Shown here: one piece after another, positions 1 to 12,600 of the stretch
Position numbering within the stretch: the stretch's first letter is position 1
How the letters are laid out: the number at the start of each line of letters is the position of its first letter
Source of the DNA: Desulfuromonadaceae bacterium
Lineage (GTDB): Bacteria > Desulfobacterota > Desulfuromonadia > Desulfuromonadales > Desulfuromonadaceae
DNA length: 45,228 nt
Direction of reading: 5' to 3'
Assembly: GCA_027065245.1 (NCBI GenBank)
Contig: JAMOOS010000152.1
Location: 1-45,228, forward strand
The notes under the pieces: generated by a model
Databases searched by the model: none
Seen by the model: the letters and a program-made list of their open reading frames with translations, nothing else
What the model was told of the DNA's origin: nothing
Translations under genes and position numbers: made by a program

Positions 1-590
1 ACCGATACCATGACGGTGGAGGTGGCGATGGCGATATCCATGGGAACGCCGCAGACCAGCACCATCAGCGCCAGTTTAATGATGCCGCCGGTAACGCCGA
101 GCATACCGCACAGCAGGCCGATGGCGGCGCAGGAACTGATGACCAGCGGCAGGTTTACGGCGTAGTCGACACCGTTGAAGTTGCGCCGCCAGCGTCCCCA
201 TGCCGCTGGCAGCGGTGTGTCGCGACGCTGGGGCATTTTTTGCCGCATAAGATAACCGGCCAGCAGCAGTATGGCGGCCAGCAACACCTTGAGCACCGCT
301 TCCGGCACCAGGTTACTGAAATAATAGCTGCCGATAAAGGCCATGATGTCGGTGGGCGGGTCGATGACCAGGGCCAGTTTCCAGTCGATATTGCCACGGC
401 GCAGAAAAATACTCATTGCGGCCAGCGAAGTGGTCGCAATGAGTATAAGGCTGATGGCCGGCGCCTGTTTAATGGTAAAACCGGCAAAGAGGAGTATGGG
501 CACATAGAGGATACCACCGCCCAGCCCCAGCATGGCGAACAGAGTGGAGATAACAAAAAACACCAGCGCCAGCGGCAGCAGATATTCCAT
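1..590 (-). CDS. Sulfite exporter TauE/SafE family membrane protein (3' end outside window)
   Basis: Not in the ORF track because it runs off the edge. Manual translation from ATG 590 gives MEYLLPLALVFFVISTLFAMLGLGGGILYVP...SLILIATTSLAA...IDWKLAL...GLLCGMLGVTGGII...MDIAIATS, i.e. the duplicated G-x-GGG transmembrane halves typical of TauE/SafE. Confidence 0.85.
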   Translation of the reverse strand, partial: MEYLLPLALVFFVISTLFAMLGLGGGILYVPILLFAGFTIKQAPAISLILIATTSLAAMSIFLRRGNIDWKLALVIDPPTDIMAFIGSYYFSNLVPEAVLKVLLAAILLLAGYLMRQKMPQRRDTPLPAAWGRWRRNFNGVDYAVNLPLVISSCAAIGLLCGMLGVTGGIIKLALMVLVCGVPMDIAIATSTVMVS

Positions 591-610
591 AATTGTTTTC
601 CTCTATCGCG

Positions 611-1972
611 TTATTTTATCCACACTGTCTGGATATTGACAAACTCTTTGATGCCGTAGTGGGACAGCTCGCGGCCAAAGCCGGAGATACCGGTACCACC
701 GAATGGCAGGCGCGGATCACTTTTGACCATGCCGTTGACAAACACCGCACCGGCGCGCACCCGTGCCGCCAGCCTTTCCCCTCTGGCGCTGTCCTGCGTC
801 CACACTGAACCGCCCAGGCCGAACTCGGTATCGTTGGCCACGGCGATGGCTTCATCGGCGTCTTTAACTTTGATGACGATGGCCACCGGGCCGAAAAATT
901 CCTCGTTGTAGGCGGGCATCCCTTTGCTGACATTGACCAGAATGGTGGGCGGATAGAATGCGCCTTTGCCCACCGGCTTGCCGCCGAGGATCACCTGCGC
1001 CCCTTTGGCCAGCGACGCCTCCACCTGCGCATGCAGCTCGTGCATCAGGTCTTCACGCGCCTGTGGGCCGAGCTGGGTAGTTTCATCGCGGGGATCACCC
1101 ATCTTGAGGGCGGCCATATTGTCTTTGAAACGGCGCAAAAACTCATCGTATACCGCCTCTACCACAATAAACCGTTTGGCGGCGATACAGCTCTGCCCGG
1201 AGTTGATGCAGCGTCCCTTGGTGGCCACCTGCGCCGCCTCGTCGAGATCGGCATCTTCCAGAACGATGAACGGATCGCTGCCGCCCAGCTCCATCACCGA
1301 TTTTTTAAGTGCGGCACCGGATGCGGCGGCTACCTTGCGCCCGGCGACATCGCTGCCGGTAAGAGTGGTGGCCACCACCAGCGGATTGTCGATAACCTGT
1401 TGCACTTTGGCGGCGCCGATCATCAGGGTACGAAACACATTGGCGGGAAATCCAGCCTCGACAAACACCTGCTCGATGGCCAAAGCGCAACGCGGTACGT
1501 TGGAGGCGTGCTTGAGCACCCCGACGTTACCGGCCATCAGTGCCGGGGCGGCAAAGCGAAACACCTGCCAGAACGGAAAATTCCACGGCATTACCGCCAG
1601 TACAATCCCCTGGGGACGGAACGCTACATATGATTTTCCAGCGTCGCTGGCGATAATCTCGTCGGCCAGCATCTGCTCGGCATTGTCGGCGTAATACTCG
1701 CATACCAGAGCGCATTTTTCCGCTTCGGCGCGCCCTTCCACCACCGGCTTACCCATCTCCAGCGCCATCATTTCGGCAAATTCGCCGCTGCGCTCGCGCA
1801 GTATGGCGGCGGCGCGCAGCATGGGCTGGCGCCGGGCGGCAAAGCTCATCTCGCTCCACGGTTTGTACGCCTGATGCACATCGGCTATGATGGCATCCAC
1901 TTCGGCGGATGACATTTCGGTAAAAGTTTGCAGCAGTTCCCCGGTGGCCGGGTTAAGTGATTCCAGTGCCAT
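611..1972 (-). CDS. NAD(P)-dependent succinate-semialdehyde dehydrogenase (Sad/GabD-like aldehyde dehydrogenase)
   Basis: ALDH motifs MPWNFP, LKHAS, TGS, MELGGSD, INSGQSC, EEFFGP, PFGG. Start moved to ATG 1972, which has a GGGGAGA RBS. Confidence 0.9.
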   Translation of the reverse strand: MALESLNPATGELLQTFTEMSSAEVDAIIADVHQAYKPWSEMSFAARRQPMLRAAAILRERSGEFAEMMALEMGKPVVEGRAEAEKCALVCEYYADNAEQMLADEIIASDAGKSYVAFRPQGIVLAVMPWNFPFWQVFRFAAPALMAGNVGVLKHASNVPRCALAIEQVFVEAGFPANVFRTLMIGAAKVQQVIDNPLVVATTLTGSDVAGRKVAAASGAALKKSVMELGGSDPFIVLEDADLDEAAQVATKGRCINSGQSCIAAKRFIVVEAVYDEFLRRFKDNMAALKMGDPRDETTQLGPQAREDLMHELHAQVEASLAKGAQVILGGKPVGKGAFYPPTILVNVSKGMPAYNEEFFGPVAIVIKVKDADEAIAVANDTEFGLGGSVWTQDSARGERLAARVRAGAVFVNGMVKSDPRLPFGGTGISGFGRELSHYGIKEFVNIQTVWIK

Positions 1973-2226
1973 GACAGTCTCCCCAGATAATGCAGTGATC
2001 AAATAAACATCGTGCCACGCAACACCGCAATCGGCACAGCGCAGCGTTCAAACAACCCCATTGTGCCGAATATGGGCGGCTAATTCAAGATTGATATCTG
2101 CCCCGACAGTGATTAGGTTGAATGCAGCACACAAATAAGCGCACGTTGATCTGTAAAATTGCTCCGATTGGGGCTATAGTGGCGCGGCAGTCTTGTTTAC
2201 TACATCTTGCATACAGGGAGTTTCTT

Positions 2227-3039
2227 TTGGACTGGAAACGTTTTTTCGACAGTATCGGCCTTAACGGCACCCGCTGGCAGTGGAAGATTATGCTGTGGCA
2301 GCGCAAGCTGAAACAGGGGGGACATTCAACTCACGGCTACGGCGGCAGTGCCATGGCCACCAATATTCTGCTGATCCTCAACCTGGCTTTTTTTACCGCC
2401 ATGGTGCTGCGCGGCATATTTTACGGTGGCGTGTTCAACGCCCTGCTCCATCCCGGCAGCGAGCTGCTGGTGATCAGCGGCGGGCAGTGGTGGCCGTGGG
2501 TATTGGAGCATCATCAGTGGTGGCGCTGTATCAGCTACGCCTTTACCCACGCCGGTTTGATCCATATCGGCTTCAATATGATGGTGCTGTACCAGATCGG
2601 CCCGCAACTGGAGCGGGAGATCGGCAGCGCCGGTTTTATCAGCGTATATGTACTCTGTACCGTATGCGCCACACTGCTGGGGCTGTTCTGGCATCCAGAT
2701 ATTGTGGTGGTGGGCGCTTCGGGGGCGCTGTTTGGCCTTATCGGTTTTTCCATCAGCTATTTTCATCGTGTCGGCGGTCAATATGCCCTGGCGCAACGCG
2801 ATTTTATGCTTAAATGGGCGCTGTTCGCGTTTGTCTTTGGCTTTATGGTGGGGGCGGACAATGCCGCTCACCTCGGCGGTGCCCTGTGCGGGTTGGCGTG
2901 TGGAGCGCTGTTCCCCATTACGGTACGCGGTCGCCAGAACTGGCGTGTACCCATCAACGTTGTCGCCATTATCTGCACTGTCGCCACTGGCGCCAGCCTG
3001 GCCATGGTGGTGGCAAGCTGGGTGGCGAACCATGTCTAA
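2227..3039 (+). CDS. Rhomboid family intramembrane serine protease
   Basis: Motifs WWR, HAGLIHIGFN, catalytic GASG, AHLGG. Likely TTG start at 2227 after AGGGAG (2215-2220). Confidence 0.88.
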   Translation: MDWKRFFDSIGLNGTRWQWKIMLWQRKLKQGGHSTHGYGGSAMATNILLILNLAFFTAMVLRGIFYGGVFNALLHPGSELLVISGGQWWPWVLEHHQWWRCISYAFTHAGLIHIGFNMMVLYQIGPQLEREIGSAGFISVYVLCTVCATLLGLFWHPDIVVVGASGALFGLIGFSISYFHRVGGQYALAQRDFMLKWALFAFVFGFMVGADNAAHLGGALCGLACGALFPITVRGRQNWRVPINVVAIICTVATGASLAMVVASWVANHV

Positions 3040-3520
3040 ACAGAAATATCCGGTAACAGCGGCCACGCGCTGGCTGAAACAGCAGCGGGTAGATTTCATC
3101 CCCCATCTGTACAAATACCAGGAACGTGGCGGCACCACCGTTTCGGCGCGCGAACTGGGCGTGGACGAACACCATGTGATAAAAACGCTGGTGATGGAAG
3201 ATGACGGCAAAAAGCCGTTGCTGGTGTTGATGCACGGTGACCGCACCGTTTCCACCAAAAATCTGGCGCGTATCCTCGGTGTAAAAAAGATCGCTCCGTG
3301 CGCCCCGGCCAGCGCTAACCGCCACAGTGGCTATTTGGTTGGCGGCACCTCACCTTTCGGCTGTGCCACACAGATGCCGATTTACGTGGAGCGCACCGTT
3401 TTAGAGCTGGACAGAATCTACATCAACGGCGGCAAGCGTGGTTTTCTGGTGGAGATAGACCCGGCGGTACTGACGGAAAAACTGCAGGCCACGGCGGTGG
3501 ATGCAGCGGTGGCACGTTAA
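3032..3520 (+). CDS. ybaK: Cys-tRNA(Pro) deacylase, YbaK/EbsC family
   Basis: MSKQKYPVTAA..., VIKTLV, SGYLVGGTSPFG, INGGKRG motifs. The ATG overlaps the rhomboid stop (ATGTCTAA). Confidence 0.9.
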   Translation: MSKQKYPVTAATRWLKQQRVDFIPHLYKYQERGGTTVSARELGVDEHHVIKTLVMEDDGKKPLLVLMHGDRTVSTKNLARILGVKKIAPCAPASANRHSGYLVGGTSPFGCATQMPIYVERTVLELDRIYINGGKRGFLVEIDPAVLTEKLQATAVDAAVAR

Positions 3521-3533
3521 CCTGCAACAAGTA

Positions 3534-3575
3534 CAAAACCGGGACAGCCCCCGCACGGAGACTGCCCCGGTTTTG
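3534..3575. terminator. Hairpin terminator between convergent ybaK and autotransporter genes
   Basis: caaaaccgggacag...ctgccccggttttg, 13/14 complementary arms with A/T runs at both ends. Confidence 0.65.
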
Positions 3576-3578
3576 CTG

Positions 3579-3644
3579 CAAACGAGCGATAATCTGTGGT
3601 CTAACAGTCGATTTTCGCTTCGATCCGTAAAGTCCGACACACTC
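3579..3644 (-). mobile_element. Truncated copy of the MITE-like element (one end only)
   Basis: Reverse complement aligns by eye to 26875-26941 at 57/67 positions, including the terminal repeat GAGnnTGTCGGRCTTT. Confidence 0.75.
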
Positions 3645-3655
3645 CCGGCTGTGGT

Positions 3656-6600
3656 TTAAAAACGCATATTCAGCTCGCCGAGAATGGCGTGGCTGGTGTA
3701 ATCGTTACGCCAGATGGCGTCGTAACGCAGCGAGGTGCTTACGCCGCCAGCGCCGATAAAGGAGATGCCAGCGCCAACTTTGACCCCGTCTCTGTCCACA
3801 TCCTGACTATCGAGGCTGAAACTGCTCTGCGGTGCCACGGCAAAGGAGGCATCCAGCGGATTGTCGTCGATATGGTAATCATGATCCCACGCCAGTGTAA
3901 ACTGCGGCACCAGTGTTCCCGCCGCCACGGGGAAATCACCGCTCAGGCGAATACCAATATCGGAATACAGTGCCTGGCTGCTACGCTCATCCACCAGCAG
4001 GTTGTAATCACCGCCGCCGCGCTCGGCGTAGCTGTCCTCCTCAACATCAACATAGCGTAACGCGACAAACGGTTGCACCTGCCAGGTAGCCAGATTGAGG
4101 TTGTAACCAAACTCGGCGCTACCGCTCCAACTGTAGCCTTTGTGGTCGCTGCTGGTATGGCGCATGGTGTGGAACACCTCCATGTCGCGACTGCTGTCGT
4201 AACGGTGGCGGCCGTATGTCAATGTGGCGTCGATATAGAAGTGATCCTCAAACCGGCAGGCATATAGCGAGAACTGGCTGTTGTCGATATCGCCACTGCC
4301 GTCATGGCCGTCGGTGTCGAGATCGGTTCTGGTTTTGGCAAAGGAGAAGCCGACGATATAGCGGTTGTTTATCATGGCATCCATGCCGCCGACGACGCCA
4401 AATGTATCGTATTTGTAGCCTCCGTATGAACTGCTGCCGTCCTGATCACCCCACAGACCGGTGGCGGTGAGCCACATGCCGTAGTGCGGCGGTTCCTGGC
4501 TGCCAGCGCCATTGCCAGCGGCGGAAAACGCGGCTGACAGCTGCGGCGTGGTACCAGAATAGTGAGCGCTGCGCCTCAGGCTTACGGGAACATGCCCCAG
4601 ATGGCGCAGGGTATTCATACGGCTTTGCAACGGCGTTTGCGCCTGTTTTACCGTGTCGATGGTGGCACGGGTAAAGTGATCGTAAAAATCGGGAAACAGC
4701 GGTTCGTAGATAGCTGCCAGCGCGGCGCTATCCGCCTGATTGAACAGATGCACCACGTAGGGCTCTACTGCCGTGGTGCCACCGGCACTCTGTACCGCAT
4801 TGAAATAATCGCCGATAACTGCCTGACCGGCGCTGAGACCCGGCGGTGAAAAGTCGATATCAAGATTGAGATCAAGGCTGCGCCCGGCATTGTTATGCAG
4901 GGAGTAGTCAACCACTGCCGAAGGGGCAACGTCCAGATCCACGACTCCGGTATTGAGCCCGGCTGTTGCCGTTATAATTGGCAACGCATATCGACCCGGC
5001 AGAAGCTTCTGAGGATTATGGGTAAACAACTGCACGGTACCGGCCACATCGGCAACGCCATCCACCGCAATTTTATCGCTGTGATTGCCGTCGAAATCTA
5101 CGTCTATTTCGTAGCGGCCCGAGCTTTTCTGGACATAATCGCCACCTATGCCGGTGGTATGAATTCCGTCAACACCACCCGGAGAGATGACACCACCGTT
5201 TTCCATGCTGCCACCGGCACCAAGATCAATATCGCCACCGCTGACCACATAGCCCTTGTCACCGTTGATCAGATGGTTGCTACCGCCACCGAGGCTGATA
5301 TCACCGATAATGGCGTTGTTGTTATAGATGGTATCGTTGCCGTCACCACTTGACACGGCTGAGCCGCTGACACCAGCCACGGTGGTAATAATGGCGTTGT
5401 TGACCAGCACGTTATCTTTGCCGCCAAGCATGACCACGCCGCTGCCACCGTTATCGCCACCGGCGACCAGGGCACCGTTGAGGGTGATATTGATACTGCC
5501 GCTGGCGGCTGCGTAACTGGCACAGTAAATGGCGTTACTGCCGCTGCCGGTAGCCATAATATCACCGGCGGCAGTGATATTGACGCCGCCACTGCTGCCA
5601 ACGCCACCGTCACTGATGGCGCGTACCCCATCGGCGCCGATACCGCTGCTGTTGACATTGCCATGCAGATTGACTGTTACAAGTCCGGCGCCGCTGGCAC
5701 CTTGAGCCTGCGCCAGCACTGCATGAGCGGCGGCACCTTCGGTCCATACCGCGTCGGCGGTATCGACGGTTATATTTCCGGCCGCACCGTTGGCACTGCG
5801 ACTTGAGGCGACAACAGCACGCGCGCCAGCGCCACTGGTATAGGCACCGGCCCTGCTGGTTATCTGCACATCGCCACTGCCGCCGCCACCGATGCTCCGG
5901 GCAAAGATGGCATCAGCGCCGCTGCCGGTGGTAACTGTATCGCCGCTGACGCGTACCGTTACCGTGTCGGCATTGTCCTGTACGGGATCGCTCTGGGCAA
6001 AGATGCCGCAAGAGTTATCCCCCATAGTTACAATGTCACCATTGTGTTCAACGGTTACCGCGCCGCCACCGGCGGCGCCCAGGCTGCGCGCATCCACAGC
6101 GTTGGAGTTGTCTCCTTCGGTTCTGAGCAGACCTTCGGAGTACAATGACACCACGCCGCCGCTGCCATTGCCGCCATCGCTGCGAGCATATAATCCAACC
6201 GAATTGCTTCCGCGGGTAATTACATCGCCAACGGTGGAAAGCAGAATGGCGCCACCGTCGTATGCGCCGCTGCTGGCGGCGTAAATAGCGCGCGAGTTGT
6301 CGGCGCCGGTATAAACCGTAGCGTTGTTGCTTATAGTTATATCGCCACCACTGCCACGAGCAGAACTGCTGACAGCGTGAATGGCATCGGATTCGCTGCC
6401 GAGTGTTTCGGCACCGTGGCTGCGTACTTGTACCGCAGCGCTGCTGCGACCGCCGACGCTGGTGGCAATGATTGCACCGGCGCCGGAACCTTCGGTATGC
6501 ACCACATCCGCGGCAGAAACATCCACCGTGCCACTGGATCCACCTCGGCTTATGGCACTTATGCCACTGGCTCTATCACCCAAGGTTACCACCTGTTCTG

Positions 6601-9600
6601 CCGTATTGACATGCACGGCAGCGCTGGCGGCGGCTGCGCTGCTGACAGCATAGATACCGTCGGCAAACTCTCCTTCGCTCCAGATATCACCAGCGACATC
6701 AACGGTAACTGCGCTGGCAAGGTTGTTCATGCCGTCGCTTACAGCGTAGATGCCACGTGAGTAATCGCCTTCGGTAACAATACCGCCGCTGGCCACCGTT
6801 ACCTGTCGCGCACTCTGGGCGCCACGGCTGACAGCGCTGACAGCGCTGGAATTGGCGCCGCTGGTGTAGATGCCAGCGCTGTTGACAACATCTACCCGCC
6901 CACCAACGCCATGGCCACCAATACTCATGGCGTCAATAGCAGCGGAATAATCACCAAGGGTAACTACTGCGCCGCTGTTGACAGTAACCGAACCTGCTAC
7001 ATATCTACCGTTGCTGATGGCGCTGATCGCCGACGCCGACTCACCCTGTGTCTGGGTTTTACCTGCTGTAACGACAGATACGTCTGCAGCTCTATCGCCA
7101 CTGCTGAGAGCCACCACCCCGCGGGAAGCGGTTCCCAGGGCGGTGATATCGCCAGTTATGGCGGCTTTGACGGCACCACCACTGTTGCGACCGACACTTT
7201 GCACATAGATACCGTCGGCAAACTCTCCTGCGCTCCAGATGCTGCCAGCGGCGGCAACATCGACAACGCCACCGCTGCCGCTGCCGCCATCACTGCGGGC
7301 ATAAATGGCGCGGGAACGCTCACCGAGCGTGGTAATGGAAGCGGTGGCGACTTTAACCGCGCCTGCCGCATCCAAACCACTACTATCGGTGTGGATCGCA
7401 TCGGCATTGACACCGGCGGTCTGCATAATACCGCTGACGGCGACATTGATATCCGCTCCCCGATGCTTTCCACCGTCGCTGACGGCATAAACAGCGCTGG
7501 AGTCATCACCGAATGTCACCACCCGAGCAGCGGCTGCCACATTTAACGCTCCGGCGCCACCAAGGCCGCTGCTGGCGACATAGATACCGGTGGCGTTGTC
7601 GCCTTCGGTCCATACATCGCCGCCGGTGAGAACATCTATTATTCCACCACTGCCGTTACCGGCATCGCTGATTGCGCAGATACCGCGGGCGAAATCACCC
7701 AGAGTGACGGCGCCGCCGCTGCTCACGCGTACCGACTCGGCCGCCGAGACGCCGCTGCTGGCGGCGTAAATGGCATCAGCATAGTCACCGGCACTGGCGG
7801 TAACTCCGGTGGCGTCCACGTCGACGCGGCCAGCTTTATCGCCAGTGCTCAGCGCCATTATACCGCGGGAGGTAAAGCCGTGGGTGGTGATATCCGCCGT
7901 GCTGTGTACCGTAACGGTGCCAGCACCGGCTCGACCGATACTTTGTGCGTAAATTCCGTCGGCAAACTCTCCTGCGCTCCAGATGCTGCCGGAAACCGCC
8001 ACATCCACGCTGCCGCCTACGCCGCTGCCAGCATCACTGCTAGCAAAGATAGCGCGCGAACGATCACCCTCGGTAGTGATGGCACCGCTGTCTACGTGGA
8101 CGTCACTGGCAGCTTGAGAACCTTTGCTCAATGCGTAGATGGCATCGGAATCATTGCCACGGGTGTAGCTGTCACCATTGATATCCACATCAACTGGCGC
8201 GCCGGAATGATTGCCGCCATCGCTGCTGGCAAAAACACCACGGGAGTTATCGCCAAAGGTTACCACCCGACCCCGTCCATGGACATTGAGGGCGCCGGAA
8301 CCGCTGTAACCGGTACTGGATACATAGATACCGGTGGCGTTGTCGCCTTCGGTCCATACATCGCCGCGTGCCAGTACATCTATTATACCGCCGAAGCCTA
8401 TGCCGGCATTGCTGCTGGCATAGATACCGCGAGCACCTGCGCCGCTGGTTGCCACAGCGCCGGTGAGCACCTTGACGTCACCGGCGGCGACGGCTCCGCT
8501 GCTATCGAGATGAATGGCGTCGGAATAATTACCCGCTGTAACAGCAGAACCATAGACACTTACATCGAGATTGCCAGCCCTGCCGCGACGTGACTGACTC
8601 TGGGCGAAAATCGCATCAGCCCCGGCACCAAAAGTAGCGACACTACCGGCCAGGGTGAGTTTTACATCGCTGCCGTCACCACTGCCACCGGCACTGCCGA
8701 CAAACAGATCGTTGACAATGCCGCCACCGCCGCCAAGACTCTGCACCAGCACACCGCCTGCACCGGCACCATAGGTAACAATGGAGCCAGTCTGATTAAG
8801 GATTACCCTGCCACCGCTGCCACTGTTGGCAGTGCTCAGTAACAACTGCGGCGCTGTAGTGCTGAACACAGCTCCACCGCCACCGCCGATGGACTGCAGC
8901 AGTATCCCATGCCCGTACATACCGTTAGTAACAATGTTGCCATTGTTAACAATGGCGATATCCCCACCATTACCGCTGGCACCATTTATACCGCCCAGAG
9001 TAACCGTGTTGCTATCAAATCCGATAAGGCGGGCATCACCCCCACCGGCGCCGATGCTTTGCACCATAATCCCCTGCGAACGATCGCCACGCGCTACAAT
9101 GGAGCCCATCATATCGAGGGCGACACGACCGCCGGACAACGCCGCACCGCCATCGCTGCCTAACGCCACATCAGCCTTGCTGACACCAGTTGGTTGTGAA
9201 TCGACCTGGATTTTGGCAACCTGACCATGCACGCTACCGCCACCGCCGCCGATACTTTGAACACTGACCCCCTGCGAATCTTCTCCTCTGGTGCTGGTGG
9301 AACCTTGATGACTCATTGTCACTGTGCCACCGCCGTTGTTGCTGCTGTTTTTGCCTCCCAGAGTGAAATCCATAGCCAGTTTGCCACTCTGGCGTTCCTT
9401 GACCCCTAGGTTGAGATTACCGCCGCCACCGCCGATGCTCTGACTGGTAATGGCCGCTGAGTTATCGCCTGCAGTAGCGACATTACCGGCATGTTTACCC
9501 TCCACATCACTGCCGGAGTTGTCATCACTATCTTCACCACCGAGGCCAAATACCCCTTTTACCCAGGAGACAATGTTTTCAACCACCGAGTTGACCTCGT

Positions 9601-12600
9601 CGATATCGACAACATTCTGATCAAGACTGCTGGCATCCTTGCTGACATCGAGAAATACATCAACGTCACCGCCGCCGCCGTTGACCGCCTGGCTGAATAC
9701 CGCTTTACTGTTACTGCCGTTAGTAACAATGGTGCCATTGTTATTGACGGTTACCTTGCCGCAGCTACCGTTGTCAGTACCGCCGAGCAGCGTGGTAAAC
9801 ATCATGTCCGCCACCATCCAATAAGGGCTGGAGATAGCAAATTGTGACCTGCCACCGCCACCGCCGACACTTTGCGCATAAATGCCGTAACAGTTGTCGC
9901 CATTGGTGGTTATCAGGCCGGTGTGGTTTACTTCTACGTCACCGGCATCGGCGCCATCACCACCGAAACCACCGACACCGACGCTCATCAGTGCCGTCTG
10001 TGAGCTCAACCCGTTGGATAACGTGGGGTCAACCGACACCGCTATCGCGGTGGCACCGTTACCGCCACCGCCACCGACACTCTGAGCCAAAATGCCGTAG
10101 GAATTATCATCATTGGTTTCTATTACACCGGAATTGTTTACCAGCACATCACCGGCACGGTTGCCATCACCGCCGTGACCTCCGACGGCGACAGCGCTGT
10201 TCAGCCCGTTGCTGTCTGCTTTGTAAAACGCCAGATTACCCGAAATGGCCAAACCGCCGTTGCCACCGCCGCCACCGATGCTCTCGGCCACGATACCGTG
10301 GGCTTTTTTCCCTCTGGTGACGATGCTGCTGGAATTGTCCACAGTAACATCGCCGCCGCTGCCGCCGCTGCCGCCGCTGCCACCGACGCTGAGCGCCAGG
10401 GCGCTGGACGGACCTTTCGCCCCTTTGGAGACTGCTCCAGTTGCAGTTATCACCATGCTACCGTCACCGCCGCCACCACCGAGACTAAGGGCAAAGATAC
10501 CGTGAGCGCCTTCGCCGGTGGTGGTGATGCCACTAAGTGCGCTCTGACCGCTATTTTTAACCACTACGTCGCCGGCACTACCACCGACACCACCACTGCC
10601 ACCGACTGAAACACCGATGGTATTCCCGCCGCCGGCAGTAGTTACAGAGCCGGTAACAACGGTGCGACCGTTACCGCCGCCACCGCCGATACTCTGGGCA
10701 AAAATTCCCATCCCTTCCGTGCCGACAGTTCTGATACCGCCCAGGTTATCTACCTGGACATCATCGCTGCTACCGCCTTCGCCGCCGTCACCACCGACGG
10801 AGACAAACATTCTGGTGGCATCGGATGACCCCATATTCAGGTTGCCATTGACAACGGTGCCGCCATTGCCGCCACCGCCGCCAATACTCTGGGCAACTAT
10901 GCCGTGGCCGCGTTCTCCGAATGCCTGCAGCAGTGCTTCGTTGACAACATCAACCCTGCCGCCGGTGGCACCGATGCCGCCGCTGCCGCCAACAGCAACC
11001 TGCGCACCACTGCCAGCGGTTTTTAAGCCACCACTAAAGGCGTTACCGCCGTTACCGCCACCGCCGCCGATACTCTGAGCCAGCAATGCAACGGCATGGT
11101 CACCACCTACGGTTACCGTCGCCGCGTTGAAAAGGTCGACCCTGCCGCCAGCCGCTCCGATGCCGCCTTCGCCGCCCAGGGCAACGCCGACATTGGGCGA
11201 GGTAAGACCGACAGTAGAGGCGTTACCGCCGTTGCCGCCACCGCCGCCGACACTTTGTGCAAACGCTCCGTGCGCTTTGGTGCCCGCGGTGGTAATGCTG
11301 CCGAACGCCAGCAGTTGTACTTCACCGCCGCTGCCGCCTTCGCCCCCTTCGATGCCGAGGGCGACACTGCCGTTTTTCTCACCACTTTCACTGGCGGGCA
11401 TAGTGACACCGGCACTATTTACCGAACTGTTGCCACCACCGTTACCGACACTTTGCGCCAGCAGGCCGTAACTGTTGGCACCGCTGGTATTAATAGCACC
11501 GCTGGATTCCAACACCACGCCACCGCCAGCGCCGCCGGTACCGCCCTTGCGCCCCAGACCGAGGGCAACGGCACCGCCACTGCTTTTGTTAAAAATCAGA
11601 TCGAAGCCAGCATTGCCGCCGCCGCCGCCGATACTCTGGGCGATAATACCGGCAGAGTTGTTGCCATCGGTGGTGATATCACCGTGATGATGCACATCGA
11701 CCTCACCACCCTGGCCACCATCACCAACACCGCCGCCGATGGTAATTTTGGCTGTTTTATTGTTGGGCAGCCAGCCGAAACCGACGTTAAGATTGGCGTT
11801 ACCGCCGCCGCCACCGATACTCTGCGCCAGCAGACCGTGGGCGTTACCTCCGCTGGTGGTAATTTTGTTGTAGTCGGCTACGCTGACATCATCACCGTTA
11901 CCGGAGGCACCACCGCTGCCACCGATACCGAGCTCCAGAGCATAGGCACTGGATCCCGCAGGGGCATTGCTGAACGTGAACATGAAGTTGGCTCCGGCGT
12001 CGCCGCCGCCACCGCCGATACTGGACGCCTCCAAACCGGTGGCGCCACTGCCGTCGGTGCTGATTTCTCCGGCGTAGTGATTAGCGTGACCACGGTGAAC
12101 TGCTACACTGCCGGCGTTGCCACCGGCACCACCGCTACCGCCGACACCGACATTAATCGGCGCCGAGCTGCGTGCTATATCAACGCTGACGTTAAAGCCG
12201 CCGGTGCCGCCGCCACCGCCGATACTCTGCGCCAGCAGACCGCGGGCATTATCACCTTCCACCTTCATCGTGCCGGAACTGTACACCGACACATCACCGC
12301 TATCGGCACCATCACCGCCACTGCCACCAACTCCGAGTACGGCAGAAAAACCGCTGGGGCTGGCACCTTCCTTGCCGTTCAGGTTCACTCCGGCGGAAAC
12401 ATTAAGAGCACCGCTGCCACCACCACCGCCGATACTCTGCGCCAGCAGGGCATGGCTCCAGTCGCCACTGGTAACTGTTGCGCCGACATAATCGACCTCC
12501 ACGTCACCACTGGTATTGCCACTGCCGCCGTAACCACCGATTCCGCAGGTAAACGTCGGCAGCGTACCAGAACCCCTGGCAGTCAACGTTCCGCTTACAT

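Noticed and set aside
2609-2620. tggagcggga matching the tRNA-Gly 3' end (possible att site)
   Set aside because: Only 10 bp, inside the intact rhomboid CDS, and no integrase is present.
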